A DNA stretch of 64,000 bases, taken from a virus. The stretch is from positions 1 through 64,000 of the IMG/VR virus record IMGVR_UViG_3300009130_001805; one strand, given 5' to 3'. Shown here piece after piece: positions 29,019 through 38,600 of this stretch. The position numbers and the translations under genes were made by a program. The notes beneath the pieces are model-generated. The model had not been told where the DNA came from and made no database searches. It saw nothing but the letters and a program-made list of their open reading frames with translations. How positions within the stretch are numbered: the stretch's first letter is position 1; every line of letters begins with the position of its first letter.

Positions 29019-29658
29019 TTATTCCAATATCGTGGCCAAAGCCTTTTGAGTGAGTGCCGAAAGCGCCAATGTGTTGGGCGTATGTTTTTTCGCTGCAAAG
29101 CAACTTTTTATTTTTATTCTTAAGTAACTCGAAAAGCTCCCAATCCCAGTTAAACGGATCTTTATTATAGTCTACTTCTCTAAGATATTCGCAGTTAACT
29201 AGCGATGCAAAACCACCCAAGGTTTTCTTTTCATTTAATTCGTCATCATAATTTGAAATTATTTGATGGCTTTTTGTGTTAAATAAAGAGACTACACCTA
29301 TATCTGATTTAGATGTAGCTTTGGCGTAGCAGGATCTTAGGAAGTCTAACCAACCGGAGAGGTATACCCCATCTGTTTCGGCCATAAATATGTAAGGATC
29401 TTTTGTTTTGTGGTAAACAAAGTTTAATGCCATAAAGCTGTTTGCGTCGCAACCTGCATTTTCTTTAGATTGGAATATGTGTATATCTTTAGCCTTGGGG
29501 ATTTTAAAATTATTAATTAATTTTACAGTCTTTGGGTTAGAGCTAAAATCATCAAATATCCAAAGCGTATCTTCTTTGGTGAATGGAGATGACGCTAAGG
29601 ACTCAAGACATTTCTCTAAATAGTCTGGACGATTATATGTTGTTAAGATAAAATTCAT
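29002..29658 (-). CDS. Glycosyltransferase (GT2-like)
   Basis: TTYNRPDYLEKCLESL, FDDFS, ETD, WD, QHIG. Confidence 0.78.
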   Translation of the reverse strand: MNFILTTYNRPDYLEKCLESLASSPFTKEDTLWIFDDFSSNPKTVKLINNFKIPKAKDIHIFQSKENAGCDANSFMALNFVYHKTKDPYIFMAETDGVYLSGWLDFLRSCYAKATSKSDIGVVSLFNTKSHQIISNYDDELNEKKTLGGFASLVNCEYLREVDYNKDPFNWDWELFELLKNKNKKLLCSEKTYAQHIGAFGTHSKGFGHDIGINEVTN

Positions 29659-30394
29659 TATTTGTGAAGTTGAAGTTGCCTGCCCAATCTTTTACTTTTA
29701 TTGTCTCTTCGTGATCTTGGGGTGTGATTGAGTGAACACCTCCGATTGCGCCTATGTTTTGGACTCTACTCATTGTTGGAATAATTTCTTTCCGATTTTT
29801 TCTTAAGAAATTGTTAAGTAGAGCATCCCATCCTCCGTATTTGTATTGCACTTGATATATTGATCCTAAAATTAGCTCTCTATTTTCCCAAGTGCTTTTC
29901 ATTCCTCCTTTTTCTTCCCATCTATCTATCCATGTCCCCCACCCTTGATTTGAGAATCTATTTTGAAATTCATATGAAAAGTGAAGTTCCTTGGGTATAG
30001 TTTCATTTGGGTTTCTGTAATGACCTGCGCTAACTGTGTAGATCGAGTCATCGTTTTTAAAGTTTTCCCTGCAAAAATTGTGAAATAATAAAAAGTCTTG
30101 AGCTAGAACTGTATCATCTTCAATCAATATTACATAGTCACAAGATTCGAATCCTTCTTTGAGTGCGTTGTAGGTATTTAATGTATGTCCAACTCTTTGG
30201 TTATTTACTGTTAGCTTTACATCGCAAAAATCTATTGATTTAAATAGTGATATTACCTCTTCACTCATTGGCTCGACATGAGGAATGAGGGTTGCGTTTT
30301 CTACTCCTATACAACCACTTAAGGAATTAATAACTTTCTTTGTATAGTCAGGTCTATTGCAGGCCGTCATTACGATGGTGTTACTTATCGACAT
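29633..30394 (-). CDS. Glycosyltransferase (GT-A, GnT-I-like)
   Basis: TACNRPDY, ILIEDD, GWGTW..RW, WD, SRVQNIG..GVH. Confidence 0.78.
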   Translation of the reverse strand: MSISNTIVMTACNRPDYTKKVINSLSGCIGVENATLIPHVEPMSEEVISLFKSIDFCDVKLTVNNQRVGHTLNTYNALKEGFESCDYVILIEDDTVLAQDFLLFHNFCRENFKNDDSIYTVSAGHYRNPNETIPKELHFSYEFQNRFSNQGWGTWIDRWEEKGGMKSTWENRELILGSIYQVQYKYGGWDALLNNFLRKNRKEIIPTMSRVQNIGAIGGVHSITPQDHEETIKVKDWAGNFNFTNNEFYLNNI

Positions 30395-30693
30395 ATTTTT
30401 CCCTTAATGAAAGTTTGTTGATTCTTTACTACAGTTTCTAATTTCGTTGTATAACCAGACCAATTTCTTTTACGGGAGAGGTGTCCGAGCTTACATAGCC
30501 TGTTGAGGCTGCTGCGAACTGTATTCGGGTGGCACTTAATCTCCTTGGCTAAGGATTCTATGTTTAGATGGAACTCTTTGCCGTTGTATGATTTTCTGCA
30601 AAGAGCGTAATATAGCGTGCCGTCTTTGTCTTTTAGGTTGCCTGATACGATGTCTTCATGTAAGGCTTCTGGTATCATTCTGAAAAAACTCAT
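30385..30693 (-). CDS. Winged helix-turn-helix DNA-binding protein (replication-initiator N-terminal-like)
   Basis: F.MIP, LYYALC, IESLAKEIKCHPNTVRSSLNRLCKLGHL; start placed 7 nt after a -10 box. Confidence 0.7.
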   Translation of the reverse strand: MSFFRMIPEALHEDIVSGNLKDKDGTLYYALCRKSYNGKEFHLNIESLAKEIKCHPNTVRSSLNRLCKLGHLSRKRNWSGYTTKLETVVKNQQTFIKGKICR

Positions 30694-30700
30694 TCCGCAT

Positions 30701-30729
30701 ATCTTACTACGAAAACAGAAAGAAGTCAA
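30701..30729 (-). promoter_or_regulatory. Sigma70-type promoter TTGACT-N17-TAAGAT
   Basis: Read directly; ATG 7 nt downstream. Confidence 0.7.
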
Positions 30730-30737
30730 CAAAAAAA

Positions 30738-30823
30738 TGTGGGAGGGTCACAGAAAATTGTGAGTCACCTACTTTTTGCTGTGAGTCTCCCTACAAAAAA
30801 TTGTTACTTCAATATATATTATA
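30738..30823. repeat. 21-bp phased repeats with an inverted repeat and AT-rich tract (candidate origin or operator)
   Basis: TGTG(A/G)G at 30738, 30759 and 30780; tgtgagtcacctac / tgtgagtctccctac; aatatatattata at 30811. Confidence 0.55.
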
Positions 30824-30872
30824 GCCTTAATAGAGGAAATATACCCTTTATAGATGATGTCGACTTAAAGTC

Positions 30873-30901
30873 TTGACAAACAACTGGAAATAAGTTATTA
30901 T
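30873..30901 (+). promoter_or_regulatory. Sigma70-type promoter TTGACA-N17-TATTAT
   Basis: Read directly; ATG 6 nt downstream at 30908. Confidence 0.8.
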
Positions 30902-30907
30902 AGACGG

Positions 30908-31210
30908 ATGCTACTCAGAAAAGAAAAAGAAAAAGAGAGAATGTTTCTAGTGTCCTGCGCTGATTGGGAATTGGCAGTTAAGGCTAGGGACGCAGAAGAA
31001 GCTTGCACTAAAGCCATAGAAAAAATGCTGGAAGAATACGGGAAAAGAGTTAAGGTCTCGCCCGTTATGCTATCCTTTGATTTTTCTTCCTACGCAGAAG
31101 ATGCTGACTCGGATTCAGCAACTAAAATAGTAACTGCCTCATCCATGCTGGCAAACGCTGGTCACCATAAGTGGGCAAAAGGAATGAACTCTATATTCGG
31201 GAACAAATAA
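30908..31210 (+). CDS. Hypothetical protein
   Basis: First ORF after the divergent promoter. Confidence 0.6.
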   Translation: MLLRKEKEKERMFLVSCADWELAVKARDAEEACTKAIEKMLEEYGKRVKVSPVMLSFDFSSYAEDADSDSATKIVTASSMLANAGHHKWAKGMNSIFGNK

Positions 31211-31211
31211 A

Positions 31212-31712
31212 ATGGAAATAAATGTAAACTCAGAAATTAATAGTTTTAATATGCCTGCCAATCCGGGGGATGCAGGGTACGATATTACTGCACATTCAGA
31301 CCCGCACATTGAGGGCAAGAAGCACAAGTCTAGCCTGTACTCAGAAATAAGCTATATAGAGTACGATACAGGCGTAAGCCTATCTCCCAGCGAGAACCAG
31401 ATATTCACACTACTCTACCCAAGATCTTCTATCTCGAAATACAATCTCTCACTAGCTAATAGTGTTGGAGTTATTGACTCAGGCTACATAAACACAATAA
31501 AAGTCAGGTTTAAATACTACCCACAACCAGCAGATATATCGCTTGTTGATAACAAAATTTATTTTAAAATTAATAAAAATAAAATTTATAAAAAAGGGGA
31601 TAAAATAGGACAACTGATTTTTACTTACCATGTTCACCCTCAAGTAAATAGAGTTAATCAGCTAAACAATACAGTAAGGGGATTTTCCGGCTTTGGGAGC
31701 ACAGGTCTATAA
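31212..31712 (+). CDS. dut: dUTPase (trimeric)
   Basis: AGYD, PRSS, GVIDSGY, IGQL, RGFSGFGSTG. Confidence 0.92.
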   Translation: MEINVNSEINSFNMPANPGDAGYDITAHSDPHIEGKKHKSSLYSEISYIEYDTGVSLSPSENQIFTLLYPRSSISKYNLSLANSVGVIDSGYINTIKVRFKYYPQPADISLVDNKIYFKINKNKIYKKGDKIGQLIFTYHVHPQVNRVNQLNNTVRGFSGFGSTGL

Positions 31713-32278
31713 TGAACTTTCCTAAAGTCATAGGAGTCTCAGGGGTAGCGCGTTCAGGAAAAGATACATTCTGTGAAATAGCTCTTGCTTATTTTTCCCA
31801 ATGGGGTATATTAGGTCGTAGAGAAGCATTTGCGGATGAGCTAAAAAAAGACTTAGATCAATTCTTGATTGAAAAATTTAACATCAGCTCATTTACTACC
31901 AACGATGAGGAAAAGAAAATAATCCGCCCAATGATGGTTTCATATGGAGAATCCAAGCGAGACCTCACTAAGGGAATGTGCTGGATTGATAAGCTTAAAA
32001 AAAATATAGAAAAAAATATAGATCAAAATATAATAACCTTTATTAGCGACGTGAGGTACCCGAACGAATCTAATTGGATTAAAAAAGACTATAATGGAAC
32101 CACAGTACACATCAGTAGGGAAAATAACCTCCCCGCGAACGAAGAAGAGGCATACAATGATCCGTTGGTTCAGGACGTATCTGAATTCAAAATACAATGG
32201 CCTAACTTCGAAAGTGATATAAAATTAGCTAATCCCTATGTGCTCGAAACCCTTCAAGAAATCTCAAGATCCTCTTAA
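31712..32278 (+). CDS. Deoxynucleoside monophosphate kinase (T4 gp1-like)
   Basis: IGVSGVARSGKDT, FADELK, ISDVRYPNE. Confidence 0.8.
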   Translation: MNFPKVIGVSGVARSGKDTFCEIALAYFSQWGILGRREAFADELKKDLDQFLIEKFNISSFTTNDEEKKIIRPMMVSYGESKRDLTKGMCWIDKLKKNIEKNIDQNIITFISDVRYPNESNWIKKDYNGTTVHISRENNLPANEEEAYNDPLVQDVSEFKIQWPNFESDIKLANPYVLETLQEISRSS

Positions 32279-32864
32279 AAATCTTTCAGACTTAGAGTTG
32301 ATTGAAAATATTCGCAATAAAAAGAATGCAGACCAGTGTTTTAATTCTATAATGTGCAGGCATAATGGCATATACTTAGACATGGTTCATACCTACAACC
32401 AAAGAGTTGATAATGAATCTCACAAGAAAGAGTTAATTGATGAAATGCATTATAATATATATAAAGCCGTAATGAAATACGACCCCAGTAAAGGCGCGAA
32501 ATTTTCCACCCATTTAGGTAATGAAACAAAGTGGATGTGCCTAAATAGGCATAATAAAAATAGAAAAACAAAAACTTTTTTACTTGACGAAACCACTAAA
32601 AGTATGTTATCATGTTCTAATGATGGAGAAATAGCCAGATCAATCAATAACGAAATAATAGAAAAAGTTTTAGAGATTGTAGGAGATCATCCAGACAAAA
32701 GAGTAAAAAAAATATTTAAAATGAGATATATTATTGGCAATAAAAACAAGGTTATGCCTTGGAAACAAATAAGTAGCGCTATGGATATAAGCGTTCAAGG
32801 TTGTATCAATATTCATAACTCAGCTTTAAACAAGATTAAAACCAAATTAGCAAAGGAGACTTAA
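32238..32864 (+). CDS. RNA polymerase sigma factor (sigma70 family, regions 2 and 4)
   Basis: LSDLELIE, IYKAVMKYDPSKGAKFSTH (region 2), IFKMRY...WKQISSAMDIS......IHNSALNKIK (region 4 HTH). Confidence 0.85.
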   Translation: MCSKPFKKSQDPLKNLSDLELIENIRNKKNADQCFNSIMCRHNGIYLDMVHTYNQRVDNESHKKELIDEMHYNIYKAVMKYDPSKGAKFSTHLGNETKWMCLNRHNKNRKTKTFLLDETTKSMLSCSNDGEIARSINNEIIEKVLEIVGDHPDKRVKKIFKMRYIIGNKNKVMPWKQISSAMDISVQGCINIHNSALNKIKTKLAKET

Positions 32865-32865
32865 A

Positions 32866-33276
32866 ATGTTCAATAAGTTCATCGCAGTAGGAAACCTAAC
32901 TAGGGATCCAGAAACAAAATCAACAAACTCTGGTCACAGCATTTGTGAGTTCAGAGTCGCCGTAAATAATCCAAGATCTAAAGAGGATGTCCTTTTTATT
33001 GATGTAGAGACTTGGGATAAGCTTGCAGATATCTGCTCTCAGTACCTTGCTAAAGGCAAGAAAATCATCGTAGAAGGAAGGCTTAAGAATAATAGCTGGA
33101 CCACAAAAGAAGGCGAAAAAAGAAATAAAATCTTTTGCGTCGCGGACGATATTCGCTTTGTTGGTAGTAAGTCTGAAGAAGCGGAATTAACCACTCAATC
33201 AAAACCCCAAAGCAAGGCAGCTCCAGCCACAGAATCAGAGGAAGATGTTGCTGCCATGGAAGACATTCCATTCTAA
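32866..33276 (+). CDS. ssb: Single-stranded DNA-binding protein
   Basis: NK...VGNLTRDPE, LAKGKKIIVEGRL, acidic tail ending EDIPF. Confidence 0.95.
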   Translation: MFNKFIAVGNLTRDPETKSTNSGHSICEFRVAVNNPRSKEDVLFIDVETWDKLADICSQYLAKGKKIIVEGRLKNNSWTTKEGEKRNKIFCVADDIRFVGSKSEEAELTTQSKPQSKAAPATESEEDVAAMEDIPF

Positions 33277-33277
33277 T

Positions 33278-34363
33278 ATGTCTGACTTTGTCTTTAAAGC
33301 TCCTTTAAATTCATTAAGCCTTGGAAACGTCTCCTTTAACATACTAAGGGAGGCGTTTCTGCATGGATCTAATGTCTCGCTTTTTAATATAGGGCAAAAC
33401 CCAGACCTATCTGCCTACAATAAAATTGACAATGATTTCAAAGATTGGATTATAGAATCTCATAGCAAGAGATACTCTACTTCAAATAGGGATACCCCAA
33501 GCCTCCAGCTCTGGCATATCAATGGGAGCGAAAACAGAATAACTTCTCCGCAAACTCTGTTTACTTTTTACGAAGTTGATTCTCCCACTGAAACCGAAAA
33601 AAATATCGCCAACCTACAGGATAACATTGTATTCAGCAGCTCCTACGCAAAAAGAAACTTTGAAAACTCTGGGTGCAAAAATGTACATAACATCCCCCTA
33701 GGCTTCGATAACGATTTCTATATAACCAACAAAAAGTATTTAGAGGATAAAGTCCATTTTGGATTAATAGGCAAATTTGAAAAGAGAAAACATACCGCTA
33801 AAATCTTAAAAGCATGGGCTTCTAAATATGGAAATAATTATGACTACCAATTAACTTGTTGCATAACCAATCCATTCTACAAGCCAGAGCAAATGAATCA
33901 AGCTATTTCCCAAGCGTTAGACGGAGAGTCCTACGGAAATATATCTTTCTTGCCTTATTTAAAAACGAACTCAGAGGTTAATGATTTAATGAATGCTGTA
34001 GATATAGACCTTAGTGGCTTAAGCGGCGCAGAAGGTTGGAATCTTCCATCCTTTAATTGTACAGCTCTAGGTAAATGGAGTATTGTATTAAATTGCACTT
34101 CTCACTTAGACTGGGCGGATTCATCAAATTGTATACTTGTTGAGCCCGATGGTAAAATACCAATCTACGATAGCGTCTTTTTCAAGGAGGGCGGAGCGTT
34201 TAATCAAGGAAGCATGTATGACATTTCTCATGAAAAATTAATTGAAGCTTTTGAAAAAGCAGAAAAACTAGCTGGAGTTGAAAACAAAAATGGGATAAAA
34301 TTGCAGAAAAAATTTACATACAAGAAAACTTTTAGCAAACTATTAAAAATCTTAATTCCCTGA
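33278..34363 (+). CDS. Glycosyltransferase GT-B (family 4-like)
   Basis: IPLGFD, GKFEKRK, AEGWNLP....ALGK. Confidence 0.78.
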   Translation: MSDFVFKAPLNSLSLGNVSFNILREAFLHGSNVSLFNIGQNPDLSAYNKIDNDFKDWIIESHSKRYSTSNRDTPSLQLWHINGSENRITSPQTLFTFYEVDSPTETEKNIANLQDNIVFSSSYAKRNFENSGCKNVHNIPLGFDNDFYITNKKYLEDKVHFGLIGKFEKRKHTAKILKAWASKYGNNYDYQLTCCITNPFYKPEQMNQAISQALDGESYGNISFLPYLKTNSEVNDLMNAVDIDLSGLSGAEGWNLPSFNCTALGKWSIVLNCTSHLDWADSSNCILVEPDGKIPIYDSVFFKEGGAFNQGSMYDISHEKLIEAFEKAEKLAGVENKNGIKLQKKFTYKKTFSKLLKILIP

Positions 34364-34388
34364 TTATCACTGCAGTGTAATAGACTGC

Positions 34389-35192
34389 ATGGTAAGAAAA
34401 ATACTAATTATGGGTCTTCCGGGCTCCGGAAAGACAACTCTTGCTGAAATTTTAGTAAGAAAACTTAACGCCTCTTGGTTTAATGCTGATGCAGTCCGTC
34501 AAGATATATACTCAGAGCTTGGCTTTGCTGAGTCTGATAGACTTGAGCACGCCAAAAGAATGGGTAAACTTTGTGAGTGGGCTTCCTTAGGAGGAAATTA
34601 TTCCATAGCAGACTTTATTTGCCCCACTCAAGATACTAGAGATGCATTCAATGCAGACTTTACTATATGGGTTGACCGTATCACAGAAGGAAGATACGAA
34701 GATACAAACAAAATGTTTGAAAAACCCATGAATTATGATGTTAGATTAATTGAAGGGTCTGCAGAAGAATGGGCTGAAAAAGTTATTTCTAAATTAAATG
34801 AAACAGAAAAATGGAATAACCAAGCCCCCACAGCGCTACTTATTGGTAGGTATCAACCTTTTCATGTCGGCCATAAAACTCTTGTAGCCGAATCAATTAA
34901 ACGTTCAGGGCAATGCTGCATTGCACTTCGAGATGTCGGAGGTATAGACGACAGTAATCCATACGACTTTGAGAAAGTTAAGGCTGAAATTCATGCTGCT
35001 TGCATCGAGTTTGGAGATAAAATAAAAGTTGTTGAACTCCCTAATATCACGGACGTATTTTATGGAAGAGGCGTGGGCTATAATATAGAGCAATTAGAAT
35101 TAAGCAAAGAACTCCAGTCTGTATCTGCTACCAAAATTAGAGCAGGAGAAATTGGTCAAGATGGAAAACCTTTAGGAAAACGCCCGGAGTAA
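34389..35192 (+). CDS. Adenylylsulfate-kinase-like domain fused to a HIGH-family nucleotidyltransferase
   Basis: GLPGSGKTT, ADAVR, LGFAESDR, FICP, FEKP (CysC-like); then GRYQPFHVGH and SATKIR. Confidence 0.78.
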   Translation: MVRKILIMGLPGSGKTTLAEILVRKLNASWFNADAVRQDIYSELGFAESDRLEHAKRMGKLCEWASLGGNYSIADFICPTQDTRDAFNADFTIWVDRITEGRYEDTNKMFEKPMNYDVRLIEGSAEEWAEKVISKLNETEKWNNQAPTALLIGRYQPFHVGHKTLVAESIKRSGQCCIALRDVGGIDDSNPYDFEKVKAEIHAACIEFGDKIKVVELPNITDVFYGRGVGYNIEQLELSKELQSVSATKIRAGEIGQDGKPLGKRPE

Positions 35193-35226
35193 CTTTACTT
35201 TTTTTAAAAAAGGCATATAATAAAGT

Positions 35227-35613
35227 ATGCCAATATATCTCTACGAGCATCCAGAGACTCAAGAAGTTATAGAAATCGTTCAGGGCATGAACGATGATCA
35301 TACTTTTACTGATAAAGAAGGTGTAGAATGGAATAGAATATATTCTCTTCCTCAGCTTGCTTGCGAGCAAATTAATATCGATCCTTGGGATAATAAGTCA
35401 TTTGTTCATAAAACTGGAACAATGAAAGGCAGTTATGGTGACCTCCTAGACTATAGCGCAGACCTATCAAAACAAAGAGCGCAAGAGAATGGGGGAGTTG
35501 ACCCAATCCAAAAGAAGCATTTCAAAGAATACGAAAAAAGAACTGGCCAAAAGCATTTAAAAGACAGAAAGAAAACAATTGAAAACAAAAACTTCAAAAT
35601 AGACTTTGATTAG
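35227..35613 (+). CDS. FmdB-like small protein (Cys-less ribbon)
   Basis: MPIYLYE....EVIEIVQGMND...W.RIYS.P; TATAAT 5 nt before ATG. Confidence 0.55.
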   Translation: MPIYLYEHPETQEVIEIVQGMNDDHTFTDKEGVEWNRIYSLPQLACEQINIDPWDNKSFVHKTGTMKGSYGDLLDYSADLSKQRAQENGGVDPIQKKHFKEYEKRTGQKHLKDRKKTIENKNFKIDFD

Positions 35614-38600
35614 CCTTTAAGTTTCTTAATATCTTTTTTCAGTTCTTCAATTTGTTTTTGCTGTTCCTGTATTGCCCCACATAATACAGGTATGATTTGT
35701 TCATAAGAGATTGATAACGTATTCTCTAGCCCTCTTGTTTCTATCTCTTCTTCCCTTGTAGACACAGCTTCAGGTATAATTTTCTCAACCTCTTGAGCGA
35801 TAAACCCGAGACTCGTTTTGTTTTCTTCGTTTTGTATTTTATTCTTGAAAGATGAAGGCTTTAGCTTCAATGCTTTTTTCAGCAACTCTGCTGAGTTTAG
35901 TTTTTTAATATCTTTCTTTAGTCTTCTATCTGATGTTAACTTGACCGAAAGAGCATAAACTCCAGTCTTTTTTATGGCGGCCATCTCAGTATAACCTTTA
36001 GATAAATCATTTACATCCTTGGTTGTACGAAATACGAAATGCCCGTCCGTTGAGGAACCCGGCGGATTAGCTGTATCAAGGCTCCCATGCTTTCCAGACC
36101 CAGCATAAAGACACGCATGACCATTACCATCTGCAATTCTCATATGCTGATTTGTAACAAGCATTTTTTCGCCTATATATAAGCCAAGAACCTTACTGTG
36201 TTCATGACCTATTCTTAACACATCTCGACCTAATTCTTTACTCGCAGCATTAGCCGTAGCAGCATTATACCCATTATCTGAATTTAACTCAGACGGTGAG
36301 ATGGTCCAGTACCCATTATCTGTGTCTCTATATGAGTCAATGATATAATCACCCGAAGAGGTTGCGGAGCCCGGCTTTTTTAAAGTTACTTGCCCACCTT
36401 CTACTCCAAAAGTGGCATTTACATTGCTTTGGGGTGTAGGGTGGCATACTACTGCATGAAAATGCGCCGTAGCCGCCGTCGTTTCTTTTGTTGACAACCT
36501 AAGTCCATTATCATCATCAAATTCTAGACCGCAATGTCTATTCGGCAAATTGTTTATAAAATCTAAAGCGAACGAGGTGCTCGGAGAAACCCCGAGGTTA
36601 ATCTTAATATTTCCATCAGCATCCCTCTCAAGACCCTGCCCCGGATTGACTCCCGCCGAGTTTCCGTTGCTATCAATAATTGTAGCTCCGCTGGCTAAAG
36701 TAATATTTTTATTAAAAACCGGACTTTCATTAAAAACCGTGCTCTTAGTAAAAGTAGCACTTTCTTTAAATGTTGCAGCTTTATTAAATGTTGCAGTATT
36801 AGAAAATTGAGTTGTTCCACTAAATACAGTAGCTGCTGAAAAACTTGTCGAGCTACTAAATGTGGCAGCATTTTTTACTGTTAAAGCTTGTGTGGTAGTA
36901 GACCCGGTTAATGTCAAGTCACCCCCTGCGCTTAGTGAAAATTTTCCACCACCACCCGTTATTGCTTTCTGCACAGCAAGACTGTCTTTAAAATCCGCGC
37001 CTCCTTTGTAGTTTATTGCAAATTTTAAACTCCCATCAATATCTCCATCTATAAAATTGTTACTAGTCGTCTCCGTCGCCCCAGTTAACCGAAGAGTATT
37101 TTCTCCGCTTGATTGTTGAGCAAACCCAACTAAATACCCTTTTCTGGCTTTAGCTCCTTTTACTGTAAAAGGATACTCACTGGTCGGATTCCAGTTAAAA
37201 ACACCATCAAACCCAATCCCAACAGACCCATCGTTACCTAACTTAATTCCCTGCTTTGTGCCACCAGAATGGGTGATAAAATAATTCCCCATTTTTAAGT
37301 TTTGCGTGGCTACATGATTTCCCAAGTCATCTCCACTAACCGCAGCATTTACATACTCCCATATGCTATACACCTCTCCATTTACTAAATTACCAAGTGT
37401 CCCATTTGTTCTCTGAATTTTTAAAAAATCATCACTTAAAAAAGTCTTAGGTCCACCTATTAACTGAGGATAATTTTGTGTCAAAAAACCTCCAGTAGAT
37501 ATACCATCCTTAGATTGCCCCATGTCAGACATTAGAGCTTTCGACATATCCTTAAATTTAACCCTTCTTGCGGATTTTGAATTATCACTTTCTATAGTAC
37601 TTAATAAAAATAAATCGTGTGCTGCGGGGATTTCTTTAGTACCTAAATCGTATATATGTCTACCAACATCATTTCGTATTGACACAGCCCCTTGTGCAGG
37701 CAACGGTTCATTTTCAGATACTGAAGAGTGCCCAGAAACACTTCCATCTGTAAATGTTATAACAGTTCCATTTATAGATTCTATTACTTTATGAACACCA
37801 TTATGCCATACTAATTGCCCAACTACAAAGATCGTATTATTTGGAGGGCTAGATGATACTCCAGCAGCTCCAGCAGAACTTCCATCTGTAAATGTTATAA
37901 TAGACCCACTTATAGAATCTATTTGTTTTTGAACGCCATTGTGCCAAACCGTTTCCCCCACTGAAAAAGATGTGGTATTTGATAATTGAAATACAGCAGT
38001 ATACTCTTTGCTGCTATTCATTGTTATAGCTAAAGGATTAACTGCGCTTTGAAAAACACCTGCCGTATTAGTCCAATTAAGAAATTGATACCCTGAACTA
38101 GGTGCTGCAGTTAATGTAAGGCTAGTTCCTTCTTCATAACTTCCTGATGTCGCTCCAGATACAGAGCCTCCAGTAGAAGCAGAGACTTGTAAATTATAAG
38201 TTATCGACGGTATTTCCCTAATTACGGCATAGTGCTGAACATTCCAGTCCTGACCTGAGGGGGCGCCAGAGTCCCAGCGTCCTACGTCGCTTGCGTTATT
38301 AGGATTAAAAGTTCTTGAAAGTTGGCTTGGATTAGTGTCGTTATTATAGGTGGTAAGACTAAAGCTATCCTTTCCAAACCACCCTAAAAATTCATAACCA
38401 GCGGGAAGGTTGGAATATGAATATGTAATCGTAGAGCTACCATCGTATTCTCCAAATCCTGATAGTCTGCCCCAACTAGAATTCGATGATTGCGGACCAC
38501 TTGATCCGATTCCCCTCAAAGTGTCTTTTATTTCTACATCACTGTTGCTACCTACTCGAAAAGTAGAAGGATGGCTTGGATTGGTGTCGGTATATGTAAA

